Shown here piece after piece: positions 34,402 through 44,016 of a stretch of 64,000 nt of DNA. The notes beneath the pieces were generated by a model. It did not search any database. It was not told where the DNA came from and worked only from the letters and a program-made list of their open reading frames with translations. The position numbers and the translations under genes are program-made. The DNA comes from Fidelibacterota bacterium (GTDB taxonomy: Bacteria; Fidelibacterota; UBA2242; B5-G15): NCBI GenBank assembly GCA_017656425.1, contig JACDNV010000002.1:183512-247511 (forward strand), given 5' to 3'. Position 1 is the stretch's first letter. Every line of letters starts with the position of its first letter.

Positions 34402-34724
34402 GAAGCTTATTTCCTTAATAACACTTCATTGTAAATATTTATTTATTACATTAAAGATTTTAATATCAAAATAATTTTATGTCAACTCCTTTCTTAATTT
34501 TTACTAAATTCTTTTAACATCCTTTATGCCATTAATCTATTTAAGATATTATAGCGATTATGTTAATTTAGTTACATATACATTCTGTATAATTTTGTTA
34601 GTTTAAATTAAATTTTTATAGATATATTGAATAATCGGCCAGTAGAACTTACTCTTGTATTAAACGTCACTTAAGTGTAATTTTACTTTTGATAGATTAT
34701 GGTGTTTAAGGAATTTATTAAAAT

Positions 34725-35354
34725 ATGAGCAGTTTTTTAAAAAAGGTAAGAGTTCAGATACGCAATAAGATTCTTACCGGTGTTCTGGCGTTAATACCGA
34801 TTGCTGTCACAATTTATCTGATAAGACTTTTTGTAGAGTTTTTTGATAATATAGTAAGTCCAATTATTGATCCTTATATTGGTTTTCATATACCAGGTCT
34901 AGGGATAGTAGTGTTCTTCATTATTCTTTATATCCTCGGACTCTTCGTATCCAATCTATTAGGTAAGAAGCTATTATTACTTATTGAAAAATGGTTGAAT
35001 TACATACCTATTGCTGGAACGATTTACAGAACTGCAAAGCAGATTGTATATGCTTTTTCTGTTCAGGGAAAGGGTTTCGAAAAAGTAGTTTTTATAGAAT
35101 ACCCGAGGAGTGGAATTTGGACTATAGCTTTTGTTACTGGTGAATCAGTGGGAAAAGATGGCGCCGAATTTTATAACCTGTTTGTTCCGACAACACCTAA
35201 TCCAACTTCTGGATGGGCTCTTTTTATTCCAAAGGAAGATGTCATCCCATCGGAGATGACCATTGAGCAGGGTTTAAAAGCATTGATATCTGGAGGTGCC
35301 GTCGCTCCTCAAAAAATGAGTTTTATAAGGAAAAATAAAAAGGGAAATGAATAA
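34725..35354 (+). CDS. DUF502-family membrane protein
   Basis: Two N-terminal TM helices and DUF502-like core; 209 aa. Confidence 0.5.
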   Translation: MSSFLKKVRVQIRNKILTGVLALIPIAVTIYLIRLFVEFFDNIVSPIIDPYIGFHIPGLGIVVFFIILYILGLFVSNLLGKKLLLLIEKWLNYIPIAGTIYRTAKQIVYAFSVQGKGFEKVVFIEYPRSGIWTIAFVTGESVGKDGAEFYNLFVPTTPNPTSGWALFIPKEDVIPSEMTIEQGLKALISGGAVAPQKMSFIRKNKKGNE

Positions 35355-37149
35355 CACCACAAAGCTCGAATATCTCGATGGGAGAAGATTCTTAATCAGT
35401 GTACTGGCTGGTGCCAATGAGGTATTCAATAGAAAAGATTATCTTGATAAAATAAATTATTTTCCTGTGCCTGATGGCGATACTGGAACTAATATTTCAG
35501 GTACCTTTCAGGGGATTGTTGAGCGCATTGGGTCGTGGAATATAAAGAAAATAGGCGAATCAATCAGTGAGGTGGCAAATATTTCACTGGAGACTGCCAG
35601 AGGTAATAGCGGTGTAATATTTGCTCAATATTTTCATGCACTGGCTAAGGAATTAAAAAATGAATTCAAGGTATCCACAGAAAAATTTGGTCTGGCTGTT
35701 AAAAATGCTATAAATAATGTTTATAGTGCAATTTCCGATCCCCGTGAGGGGACAATCCTGACAGTTATGAGGGAGTGGGCAGACTTCGTGTGTGAACAAA
35801 GCTCAAGGATAAAAGATTTTCCAACATTACTTTCCAGATCGCTGGAAATTGCAAAAATATCTTTACAGTCAACGCGATATAAAATAGAAGTACTAAGGAA
35901 AAACAATGTTGTTGATTCAGGAGCATTGGGATTTGTTCTATTTATAGAAGGTATAGTCAAATTTTTAAAAAGCGGCAGGATAAGTGATCTAAGGAAAATG
36001 AAGAAAGGGAATTTAGAAGTTGATATTAAGAGCTATGAGAATATTGATATTAATAGTATGAATTATAGATGGTGTACAGAGTGTATTATCAGCGGAGAGA
36101 ACATTGATCATGAATTAATTAAGAATAAAATACGTGAATATGGTGACTCTGTTGTGGTTGCTGGTTCTGATGATAAAGTTCGTGTGCATATACATACCGA
36201 TAACCCGGCAGGTGTGATGTACGCTCTAAAGGATTTTGGAGAGATAGTTTACCAGAAAGCCGATGATATGTATATGCAATATAAGGTAGCCCATAATCCC
36301 CATCCGGATGTTGCGATTGTTACTGATTCTGCTTGTGACCTGCCACAGAAAGTTATAGATAAATATATGATAAATACTGTTTCATTAAAGATATCTTTTG
36401 GGAATACGACCTATATTGATAAAGTGACAATTACTCCAAATATATTCTATAAAATGGTGGATTCGGCGAAAGATTATCCCGTTACGTCTCAACCTGCACC
36501 CGGCGACTTTTTAAACCTATTCGGGTTTTTACTTTCCCATTATAAATCAATTATTGGTATTTTTTTACCTGATAAGTTGAGTGGTACTTATCAGAATGCA
36601 GTGAAAGCATCTCAACATTATTCTGATGGAAGAATAACAATAATAGATTCAGGATTTGCTACAGCTGCGCAGGGTCATTTAGTAAAAATTGCCTCAGAGC
36701 TGGCATATGCGTGGGAAAAACATAAAGAAATCATAAAAGAAGTTAAGAAATCAAAGTCTCGAACGAGATTAATCGTTTATGTTGATACGTTCAAATATTT
36801 GATGAGGAGTGGGCGGGTCGACCCGATTAGAGGAATTATGGCAAAAATATTAAATGTAAAACCTATCCTTTCGTTAAATGGTGATGGGAGTGTAAGTCAT
36901 ATTGATAAAGCTTTTCTAAGGAAGACAGGTTTAAATAAACTAATCAAGCATACTATAAAGCTGATAAAAGGCAAGACTATAAGGGAAATTACAGTAATTC
37001 ACGCTGATTGTATTAAGCTGGCAAGTTTTGTCAGGGATAGATTGATTTATCATTTAAAAGTTACGAATATAGAAATTTTACCTGCTACGCCAGCCCTTGG
37101 TGCCCATGCGGGAAGAGGAGCTGTCGGAGTAGCTATTACCTGGGTGTAG
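35347..37149 (+). CDS. DAK2-domain protein, YloV/FakA-like (putative fatty-acid kinase catalytic subunit)
   Basis: N-terminal Dak2/DhaL signature (…VPDGDTGTN…), C-terminal EDD-fold (Dak1_2/DegV-like) segment; ~600 aa; adjacent to plsY. Confidence 0.6.
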   Translation: MNNTTKLEYLDGRRFLISVLAGANEVFNRKDYLDKINYFPVPDGDTGTNISGTFQGIVERIGSWNIKKIGESISEVANISLETARGNSGVIFAQYFHALAKELKNEFKVSTEKFGLAVKNAINNVYSAISDPREGTILTVMREWADFVCEQSSRIKDFPTLLSRSLEIAKISLQSTRYKIEVLRKNNVVDSGALGFVLFIEGIVKFLKSGRISDLRKMKKGNLEVDIKSYENIDINSMNYRWCTECIISGENIDHELIKNKIREYGDSVVVAGSDDKVRVHIHTDNPAGVMYALKDFGEIVYQKADDMYMQYKVAHNPHPDVAIVTDSACDLPQKVIDKYMINTVSLKISFGNTTYIDKVTITPNIFYKMVDSAKDYPVTSQPAPGDFLNLFGFLLSHYKSIIGIFLPDKLSGTYQNAVKASQHYSDGRITIIDSGFATAAQGHLVKIASELAYAWEKHKEIIKEVKKSKSRTRLIVYVDTFKYLMRSGRVDPIRGIMAKILNVKPILSLNGDGSVSHIDKAFLRKTGLNKLIKHTIKLIKGKTIREITVIHADCIKLASFVRDRLIYHLKVTNIEILPATPALGAHAGRGAVGVAITWV

Positions 37150-37150
37150 T

Positions 37151-37831
37151 ATGATAGTGGTAATCTTAAATATTTTATTGGTTATGATAATTAGTTATAT
37201 ATGTGGTTCTTTCCCGACCAGCATTGTTGTAAGTAAACTGGCAAAGGGCATAGACATAAGAAATTATGGTTCAGGAAATGCTGGTGGAACAAATGTTTTT
37301 AGAGTGTTGGGATGGCAGTACGGAATTTTAGTATCTATAGTTGATATAGGGAAAGGAGTCATTGCAACTTTACTTGTCTCGCAAATTCGAATAGAACAAC
37401 TTTCTTTTGAATGTGATATGCTTTTCAAAATAGTTGCAGGATTATCGGCAGTTATTGGTCACAGCTTCACAGTCTTTGCTGGGTTTCGGGGTGGAAAAGG
37501 CGTAGCTACAGGTGCGGGGATGCTTATATCATTAACACCTGTGGTTTTTATCGCCTGTTTGATAATCTTTGCACTGGTTTTATTTTCTACAGGGATAGTA
37601 TCTGTAGCTTCAATCACAACTGCTATTTGCTTCCCTATAGCCTTAGTCCTATATTCAGTAATAAGGGGAGTGAGTATAGATCAGACACTCTTAATATTTA
37701 GTCTTGTAATTCCACTCTTTATCATCTTTACACACAGGCATAATATAATTCGAATATTCAGAGGACAAGAAAATAAATTTGAAAAAATAGCTATTATAAA
37801 AAATCTATTTAAGAAGCGAAAAATTACTTGA
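37151..37831 (+). CDS. plsY: Glycerol-3-phosphate acyltransferase (acyl-phosphate dependent)
   Basis: GSFPTS…GSGNAGGTN motifs, 5-6 TM, 226 aa. Confidence 0.85.
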   Translation: MIVVILNILLVMIISYICGSFPTSIVVSKLAKGIDIRNYGSGNAGGTNVFRVLGWQYGILVSIVDIGKGVIATLLVSQIRIEQLSFECDMLFKIVAGLSAVIGHSFTVFAGFRGGKGVATGAGMLISLTPVVFIACLIIFALVLFSTGIVSVASITTAICFPIALVLYSVIRGVSIDQTLLIFSLVIPLFIIFTHRHNIIRIFRGQENKFEKIAIIKNLFKKRKIT

Positions 37832-38351
37832 GATATTTTTTTACCTCTTTCATAAAGTCATCTTTGCTTCTTGCGCCTATCCATTGGTGTCTAACGATTC
37901 CATCCCTATCTATTAGAAAAGTAGTAGGAACTGCTCTGACGCCGCCATAACTGGTTGCAATAGTCATTATTTCTATATTTGAGCCTGTAACAAGGATATA
38001 ATTTATTTTATACGATTCAGCGAATTTTTTTACCTGCTCTGGAGTACCTGAAGACGGTATAGTTATTCCTATAATTATAAGTCCGTCTTTTTTATGTTTC
38101 TCCTGAATGTTAATCAAATCAGGTATTTCCATCCTGCAGGGACCACACCATGAAGCCCAGAAGTTCAACATAACAACCTTCCCTTTAAAATCAGATAGCT
38201 TTACTTTATTTCCATTTAAATCATTAAGTTCAAAATCGGGTGCCTTTTTACCTATAATTTCCTGGGAATATGTGATATTTATTAAAAACACCATTGATAG
38301 TATAGCGAGTGCTATTATTCTAATACCGGTTGTTGATTTCAATATTAACAT
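37824..38351 (-). CDS. TlpA/ResA-like thiol-disulfide oxidoreductase (periplasmic thioredoxin)
   Basis: Signal anchor + WASWCGPC motif. Confidence 0.8.
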   Translation of the reverse strand: MLILKSTTGIRIIALAILSMVFLINITYSQEIIGKKAPDFELNDLNGNKVKLSDFKGKVVMLNFWASWCGPCRMEIPDLINIQEKHKKDGLIIIGITIPSSGTPEQVKKFAESYKINYILVTGSNIEIMTIATSYGGVRAVPTTFLIDRDGIVRHQWIGARSKDDFMKEVKKYLK

Positions 38352-38352
38352 T

Positions 38353-40137
38353 TTAACCTCCCTGGTTTTTAATTAATGCCTTTTTCATTCTTTGTACGAA
38401 TTTCTTGGGATCTTCAAATCCAAAGAGCCTTAGTTCTTTTATCTCTTTTCCTTCTGGTGAGATAAATATTATAGTTGGGACACCTTTTATGTCATACTTC
38501 TTTTTCAACTCCTTTTTAATCGGGTCATCCCCAATGGTTAAGTCTACTTTTATCAATGTAAAGTTTTTTGCCAAATTAATAACCCTTTCGTCAGTGAAGG
38601 TTATACTTTCAAGTTCCTTACAGGGGATACACCAATCTGCATAAAAATCTATGATAACGGGTTTCTTCCACTGTATTGATTGTTCCAAAATGGTTTCGTT
38701 ATAATCAAACCATTCCAGTTTTTCTTTTTGCTCTACGGGTTTTATCATCCAACCGGAGATAAATATGAGAATGATAGCTATAATATTTTTTATGTAGTTG
38801 AAGGCTTTAGATTCAGGAGCAGTTTTATTAAAGAGAATTAAATAAATTCCAATTCCAAGTGCGTATAATGAGTAGATAAGTTTTGATAATGTGCTTCTTA
38901 GTAAGGGGGAAAGAAAGTATATTGCCATTGCTACTAATATGAATCCAAAAAACATTCTAATTCCAACCATCCATCTCCCAGACTTAGGTAAACTTGAAAT
39001 TTTGCTGGAAAAGAAAGCGAGTATCATAAATGGTATTCCAAGACCAAGAGAAAGTGTAAAAAACATTGCAAACCCGATAAAGGGATTCCCAGTAGTAGCT
39101 ACATAAGTCAACAGTCCGATTACAAAAGGACCGATACAGGGAGCAGCTACAAGTCCCATGGTCATTCCAATGAGTAAAGCTCCAAAATAACCCTCTCCAA
39201 TATTTGCTCCCAGCCTCAAAATAAAAGCAGGTTGCTGTATTTCATAAAGACCAAACATACTTAGGGCAAGAGTAATCATAACAAGTGCAATAAAAACAAG
39301 TACTACTGGATTTGCAAGAAAACTGCCCAGCATTCCTCCTGTAAGAGCAGCGACAGTACCGAGTGTTGAATTTACGAGAGTCATTCCCATGATATATAAA
39401 AATGCCATAAGAAGCTTCTTCCCTTTTTTGCTTGCTGCCTGACCGCCGAAATAGCCTATGGTTATGGGAATAAGAGGATAGACGCAGGGTGTCAGATTAA
39501 GTCCAAGACCTCCAATGAAAATGAGAATCAAGCTTATAAGTAATCCTTTTTCTTCAATGCTGTCCATGAATGAGGAATTTTTGTTGTTTTTCTGTACACT
39601 TTTTGAAATGATTTGATTATCAAAATTTATGAAATATTCTTTATTTATATTTTCAAATTGGGATTCGTTATTCAAAATTGGGAGTGTTATACCAAACTCT
39701 ACCTCTTCGGGTGGTTTGCATACCTGGTCATTACAACCCTGGTATTTCAAAGAGCCCTTTATCTTTAAGTTATTTTTTATGCTTCTATCTATTAATAGTA
39801 TTGCATATACTGTATCTAACCCCTCATAGACTTTTAAAGGATTATTATAAAAGGGTGGTTCGATTTTCTTTGGGTGTGGATAAATGATTTTTTCTACTTT
39901 GAAATTGACCTCGTTAAAGTGGATTGAAGTTGGTATTAATAGTTCATCATCTGGACTCACTGAGTTGATATGCCAGCCTTCTTTTATGTCAAGTACTAAA
40001 GCGAGCATTAACTTTTTTCCTGGGATGACACCATTAGCATTGGGATAGAGTTTAATTTTAACCAATTGCGCTGAGGCAGATGTATAGAGAAAAATTAAAA
40101 TTGCCATAAGCAGGATTGTTCTTATTGCCTTTTCCAT
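38353..40137 (-). CDS. dsbD: Thiol:disulfide interchange protein DsbD
   Basis: N-terminal periplasmic domain, CcdA-type TM core with two Cys (TPCVYPL…APCIGP), C-terminal thioredoxin WCIPC. Confidence 0.8.
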   Translation of the reverse strand: MEKAIRTILLMAILIFLYTSASAQLVKIKLYPNANGVIPGKKLMLALVLDIKEGWHINSVSPDDELLIPTSIHFNEVNFKVEKIIYPHPKKIEPPFYNNPLKVYEGLDTVYAILLIDRSIKNNLKIKGSLKYQGCNDQVCKPPEEVEFGITLPILNNESQFENINKEYFINFDNQIISKSVQKNNKNSSFMDSIEEKGLLISLILIFIGGLGLNLTPCVYPLIPITIGYFGGQAASKKGKKLLMAFLYIMGMTLVNSTLGTVAALTGGMLGSFLANPVVLVFIALVMITLALSMFGLYEIQQPAFILRLGANIGEGYFGALLIGMTMGLVAAPCIGPFVIGLLTYVATTGNPFIGFAMFFTLSLGLGIPFMILAFFSSKISSLPKSGRWMVGIRMFFGFILVAMAIYFLSPLLRSTLSKLIYSLYALGIGIYLILFNKTAPESKAFNYIKNIIAIILIFISGWMIKPVEQKEKLEWFDYNETILEQSIQWKKPVIIDFYADWCIPCKELESITFTDERVINLAKNFTLIKVDLTIGDDPIKKELKKKYDIKGVPTIIFISPEGKEIKELRLFGFEDPKKFVQRMKKALIKNQGG

Positions 40138-41027
40138 ATCCTTCTCCAGAGGCTTTTTCTCTTTTTTAGAACCTTTTTCAGCTCATCAATTTTTTCTTCT
40201 GCTTCCTTAATTCCAGCCTCTATAAATTCATAATATCTCATGAATTCACTCCAGTGAGCATCTTTCAAGTCAGGGTAAAATAGAAAATCAGCGTCTTTAA
40301 TGATTTCGCTGGATAGAATGTTTCCTCGGATTGTTTCTGCCCTTGTTATAATGTCTATTATATTTGGATTTTTTAAAGGATTTAGTTCCTTAACGTTAAC
40401 AGAGATTGCGATTACGAAATCAGCTCCCATCTTTCTAACAGCATGGACAGGCACTGGCTCTGTAACGCCACCATCTACTAGAACGCTTTCTTCTACTATC
40501 TCAGGGGGAACTATCCCGGGTATAGATGCACTGATTCTTACAGCCTTTCTTATATCGCCTTCTCTTATTACAACTGTTTTGCCACTTGAGATATCTGTTG
40601 CCACAGCTGCGAAAGGTATAGCTGTATCTTCAATGTTACCCTGATTTAAAAGTATTTTTAGCGCTTCTTCCAGTCGGTTTTTCTTTAATAGTCCGCTTCG
40701 TCTGGATGAGATTTCCATCGAAAATCTTTCCCACAATCCTTTATAAAGAAATTGAAGGAAGGATAATGTCTTTTCTGCTTTGACTTGTCTAGGTACAAAA
40801 TGCTTTATCCCAAGTGATTTGTAATCATTTGATTCAAGGTATATCTGAATTCTATTAATAACACTATGAGCACTGGGATTCTGAGAATACATCGCTCCTA
40901 TAATTGCTCCCATTGATGTTCCTGCTATAAAATCTATTGGTATTTTTTCTCTTTCCAGTACTTTAAGTACTCCTATGTGTGCTATACCTCTTGCACCACC
41001 TCCGCCAAGTGCTATTCCTATTTTCAT
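40122..41027 (-). CDS. Patatin-like phospholipase
   Basis: GGGARG oxyanion motif, GTSMG nucleophile elbow, DGG catalytic Asp. Confidence 0.8.
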   Translation of the reverse strand: MKIGIALGGGGARGIAHIGVLKVLEREKIPIDFIAGTSMGAIIGAMYSQNPSAHSVINRIQIYLESNDYKSLGIKHFVPRQVKAEKTLSFLQFLYKGLWERFSMEISSRRSGLLKKNRLEEALKILLNQGNIEDTAIPFAAVATDISSGKTVVIREGDIRKAVRISASIPGIVPPEIVEESVLVDGGVTEPVPVHAVRKMGADFVIAISVNVKELNPLKNPNIIDIITRAETIRGNILSSEIIKDADFLFYPDLKDAHWSEFMRYYEFIEAGIKEAEEKIDELKKVLKKRKSLWRRIWKRQ

Positions 41028-41041
41028 TTTGAGAAACCTCG

Positions 41042-41689
41042 CTACCTTTGATTTGTTTTGTTTTTAATGGTTACATAGACTTTTTTCATTATAACAGGTT
41101 TGATGGGTTTATTCATTTTATCGGTTTTTACCATTGCGATTCTATCTACCACATCCATGCCTGTTACTACCTTTCCGAAAATAGTGTAGCTACCATCAAG
41201 ATGTGGTAAATCTTTGAGGCATATATAAAACTGGCAGGCAGAGGATTCCATCCTCGGATTTATATTGTCAGGAAGTCTTGCTGCGCCTACCATTCCTCTC
41301 TTATGTTTAAGAATTATCTCAGCAGGTATTGTATACCCCAGACCACCTGTACCATCATTTGATGGGTTTTCATCTCTTGAAAGAATATCCCCACCTTGAA
41401 TGACAAAATTTGGGATGACTCTGTGAAATGTTGTTCCATTATAAAATCCTGCTTTTACCAGCTTTTTGAAGTTCATACAATGTAGTGGGGCCTGCTCTTC
41501 TAGCAGGTCAATCATTATTTTTCCATAGTCTGTATCAATGACTACTATATCTTCGGAAGTTACGGGCTCTACGGGAAGGTTTTTTACTTTGTTTATTATG
41601 CTATCAATTTGAGTGTTCGTGATAGGCTGAGGTAATACCAAAGCTGATAAAATTAATAGAATAGTAGGAAAAACCATAAAATTTTTCAT
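41042..41689 (-). CDS. Cyclophilin-type peptidyl-prolyl isomerase (secreted)
   Basis: Signal peptide; FHRVIPNFVIQGGD and cyclophilin core. Confidence 0.85.
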   Translation of the reverse strand: MKNFMVFPTILLILSALVLPQPITNTQIDSIINKVKNLPVEPVTSEDIVVIDTDYGKIMIDLLEEQAPLHCMNFKKLVKAGFYNGTTFHRVIPNFVIQGGDILSRDENPSNDGTGGLGYTIPAEIILKHKRGMVGAARLPDNINPRMESSACQFYICLKDLPHLDGSYTIFGKVVTGMDVVDRIAMVKTDKMNKPIKPVIMKKVYVTIKNKTNQR

Positions 41690-41701
41690 TTCTTCTCCAT
41701 T

Positions 41702-42466
41702 TTATATCTTTATTACATTTGATGGATAATTCTGTCGCGCTATTTCTATTTTTATTCTTTTATTATTTTCTTTTGAAAACATTTCGTTGATAATCATTGG
41801 ATCATTATTAGTTTCGCTTATATGCCCAATGACTATATATTTAGTATTAGTGTTTTGGCTGACTTTTCTGAAAAAATATAGAGCCTGATCATTGGATAAA
41901 TGTCCCAAACGGGATTTTATTCGCTGTATTACATTTAGTGGATATGGACCATTTAAAAGCATAAATAGATCATGATTACTTTCGAGAAGGAGTAAATTTA
42001 CATTATCAATATGTTGAAAAAGAGATTCAATAGGGCTACCTATGTCTGTTAAAATGCCAATGGATTTGCCACCAGATGATATTACTAGACCGATGGGATC
42101 AGCTGCGTCGTGAGGTATTTTGAATGTTTTTATTCCTAAATCAAAAATTTTGAAAGATTCGCCCGAGGTAAATGTTTTAATATGAACATTATTAAATTGA
42201 TTTTGTTTTATTACCCGGTAGGTTAATTCTGTCATATAGACAGGTATTTTATATCTCCTTGCAAAGGGAGCTACACCTGAAATATGGTCTGAATGTTCAT
42301 GGGTGAGAATTATAGCTTTGATATCTAAAGGGTTCAAATCCCTTTGATTCAATCTTCTTACTATTTCTTTAATACTGAAGCCCTGATCTATGAGTACGGC
42401 TGTGTTGTTGTATTTTATAAATGTTGAGTTTCCCTTACTACCACTACCCAGATTGCAGAAGATCAT
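41702..42466 (-). CDS. MBL-fold metallo-hydrolase (YycJ-like)
   Basis: HEHSDH metal-binding motif; 254 aa. Confidence 0.7.
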   Translation of the reverse strand: MIFCNLGSGSKGNSTFIKYNNTAVLIDQGFSIKEIVRRLNQRDLNPLDIKAIILTHEHSDHISGVAPFARRYKIPVYMTELTYRVIKQNQFNNVHIKTFTSGESFKIFDLGIKTFKIPHDAADPIGLVISSGGKSIGILTDIGSPIESLFQHIDNVNLLLLESNHDLFMLLNGPYPLNVIQRIKSRLGHLSNDQALYFFRKVSQNTNTKYIVIGHISETNNDPMIINEMFSKENNKRIKIEIARQNYPSNVIKI

Positions 42467-43038
42467 TTTTTACCAGTTCTACCTCTTATTTCGAGCGGTA
42501 TACCCTTTTTACACAGGGGACAATCATCTGGGTTATAAGTTGGAATATTTAATTTGACAAGCGGGAAATAGGGGAGGCTAAATTTAACGTTTCCCATGCT
42601 TCTATCTATAAATACCCCTATACCCACAATGACTCCGTCCTGTTTAACTACAAGGTCAATTAATTCATAAAGAGAGCTTCCTGTTGTTAAAATATCGTCA
42701 ACAATTAGTACTCTCTCCCTTGGATTGATTTTGAAACCTCTACGAAATGTTAATTTATCTGATACTCTCTCTGCAAAGATACTTCGACAAGCGAGAAACT
42801 TTGCTACAACGTGACTAATTATAATACCACCTGTGGCTGCTCCTACAACAACATGTGGTTTTTTACTTTCAAAGTAAGTAGCAATTGATCTACAAAGTTT
42901 TTCAGTAAGCTTAGGGTATTCCAGTATTCTGAATTTCTCTACATATGTGTCGCTGTGTAGACCACTTGTCAGTAGGAAATGTCCTTTGAGAATTGCCCCT
43001 GTGTCTAGGAGATAATTTTCAAGCGTTTCTTGTTTCAT
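42463..43038 (-). CDS. pyrE: Orotate phosphoribosyltransferase
   Basis: PRTase PRPP-binding motif VLIVDDILTTGSS; coupled to pyrF. Confidence 0.7.
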   Translation of the reverse strand: MKQETLENYLLDTGAILKGHFLLTSGLHSDTYVEKFRILEYPKLTEKLCRSIATYFESKKPHVVVGAATGGIIISHVVAKFLACRSIFAERVSDKLTFRRGFKINPRERVLIVDDILTTGSSLYELIDLVVKQDGVIVGIGVFIDRSMGNVKFSLPYFPLVKLNIPTYNPDDCPLCKKGIPLEIRGRTGKK

Positions 43039-43042
43039 GATT

Positions 43043-43831
43043 TTACTCTTTATTTAGTAATTTTCTAAATTCTATTGCTTTTGTCTTAACCTCATTAATC
43101 TTGTTTGAATCAGGATAAAGAATTGCACGTGAGATATTAATAAGTCCAATATCTGGTTTACATACCGATCTAGATGCTTCAATATCTCCTCCTTGAGCTC
43201 CGATCCCTGGGATTAGAAATGGCAGAGAAGGAAATTTATCTCTTAACTCAAGGAGTTTTTTAGGTTTTGTAGCACCAACAACAAGACCAAGATTACACTT
43301 CGTATTTAAATTATTTACAATTTCAGCAACGTGTACATATAGAGGTTTACCGTTTTCTTTGAAGTTTTGTATTTTACAAGCGGATTTATTTGTTGTGACG
43401 CAGAGTACAAAAGCTCCCTTCTTTTCACTCTCAATAAAAGGGATAATGGAGTCAGTGCCTAAGTATGGGGATACAGTGACAGCATCAAAAAAGAGGTTTT
43501 CCAGCAGTGCCTTTGCATAAAATCGGGCACTGTTTCCAATGTCGCCTCTTTTCCCATCGGCAATTAAAAAAATATCTTCTGGAATTAGGTTTCCTATTTT
43601 TTCTATGATTTTCCAGCCGCGGGAACCCCAGACTTCGAAAAAAGCCATATTGAATTTGTATGCGGCGGTTATGTCCTTGGTGAGATTTATGACCTCTGTA
43701 ACATAATCCATTATCCCAGTAACATTTTTACTAAAATCAGGAGGCAATTTTTCAGGATCGGGGTCAATTCCTATACAGAGATATGTTTTTTTGGTGTTGA
43801 TCGAATTCTTTAGCTTTTCTATAAACTTCAT
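43043..43831 (-). CDS. pyrF: Orotidine-5'-phosphate decarboxylase (type 2)
   Basis: …KFNMAFFE…ADGKRGDIGNS… motifs; 262 aa. Confidence 0.8.
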   Translation of the reverse strand: MKFIEKLKNSINTKKTYLCIGIDPDPEKLPPDFSKNVTGIMDYVTEVINLTKDITAAYKFNMAFFEVWGSRGWKIIEKIGNLIPEDIFLIADGKRGDIGNSARFYAKALLENLFFDAVTVSPYLGTDSIIPFIESEKKGAFVLCVTTNKSACKIQNFKENGKPLYVHVAEIVNNLNTKCNLGLVVGATKPKKLLELRDKFPSLPFLIPGIGAQGGDIEASRSVCKPDIGLINISRAILYPDSNKINEVKTKAIEFRKLLNKE

Positions 43832-44016
43832 AATACGCTGGAAAAATACTTACTTTTAAAAACCTAAGCAAATTGTTTTATCTTAATTTATTCAGGGATG
43901 AACTGCATTAGAGGAAATCCTGTTTTTATATCAAAAGGGTGGTAATTAATAATTGGATTAGTGAATTTTAAAAAATAAATTTTGGCGGAGTTTGAGAACC
44001 AATAAGGAGTAATAGG

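Noticed and set aside
42330-42342. tRNA T-arm-like gggttcaaatccc
   Set aside because: Located inside the MBL-hydrolase coding sequence, with no acceptor stem, D-arm or anticodon arm that I could fold; no tRNA called
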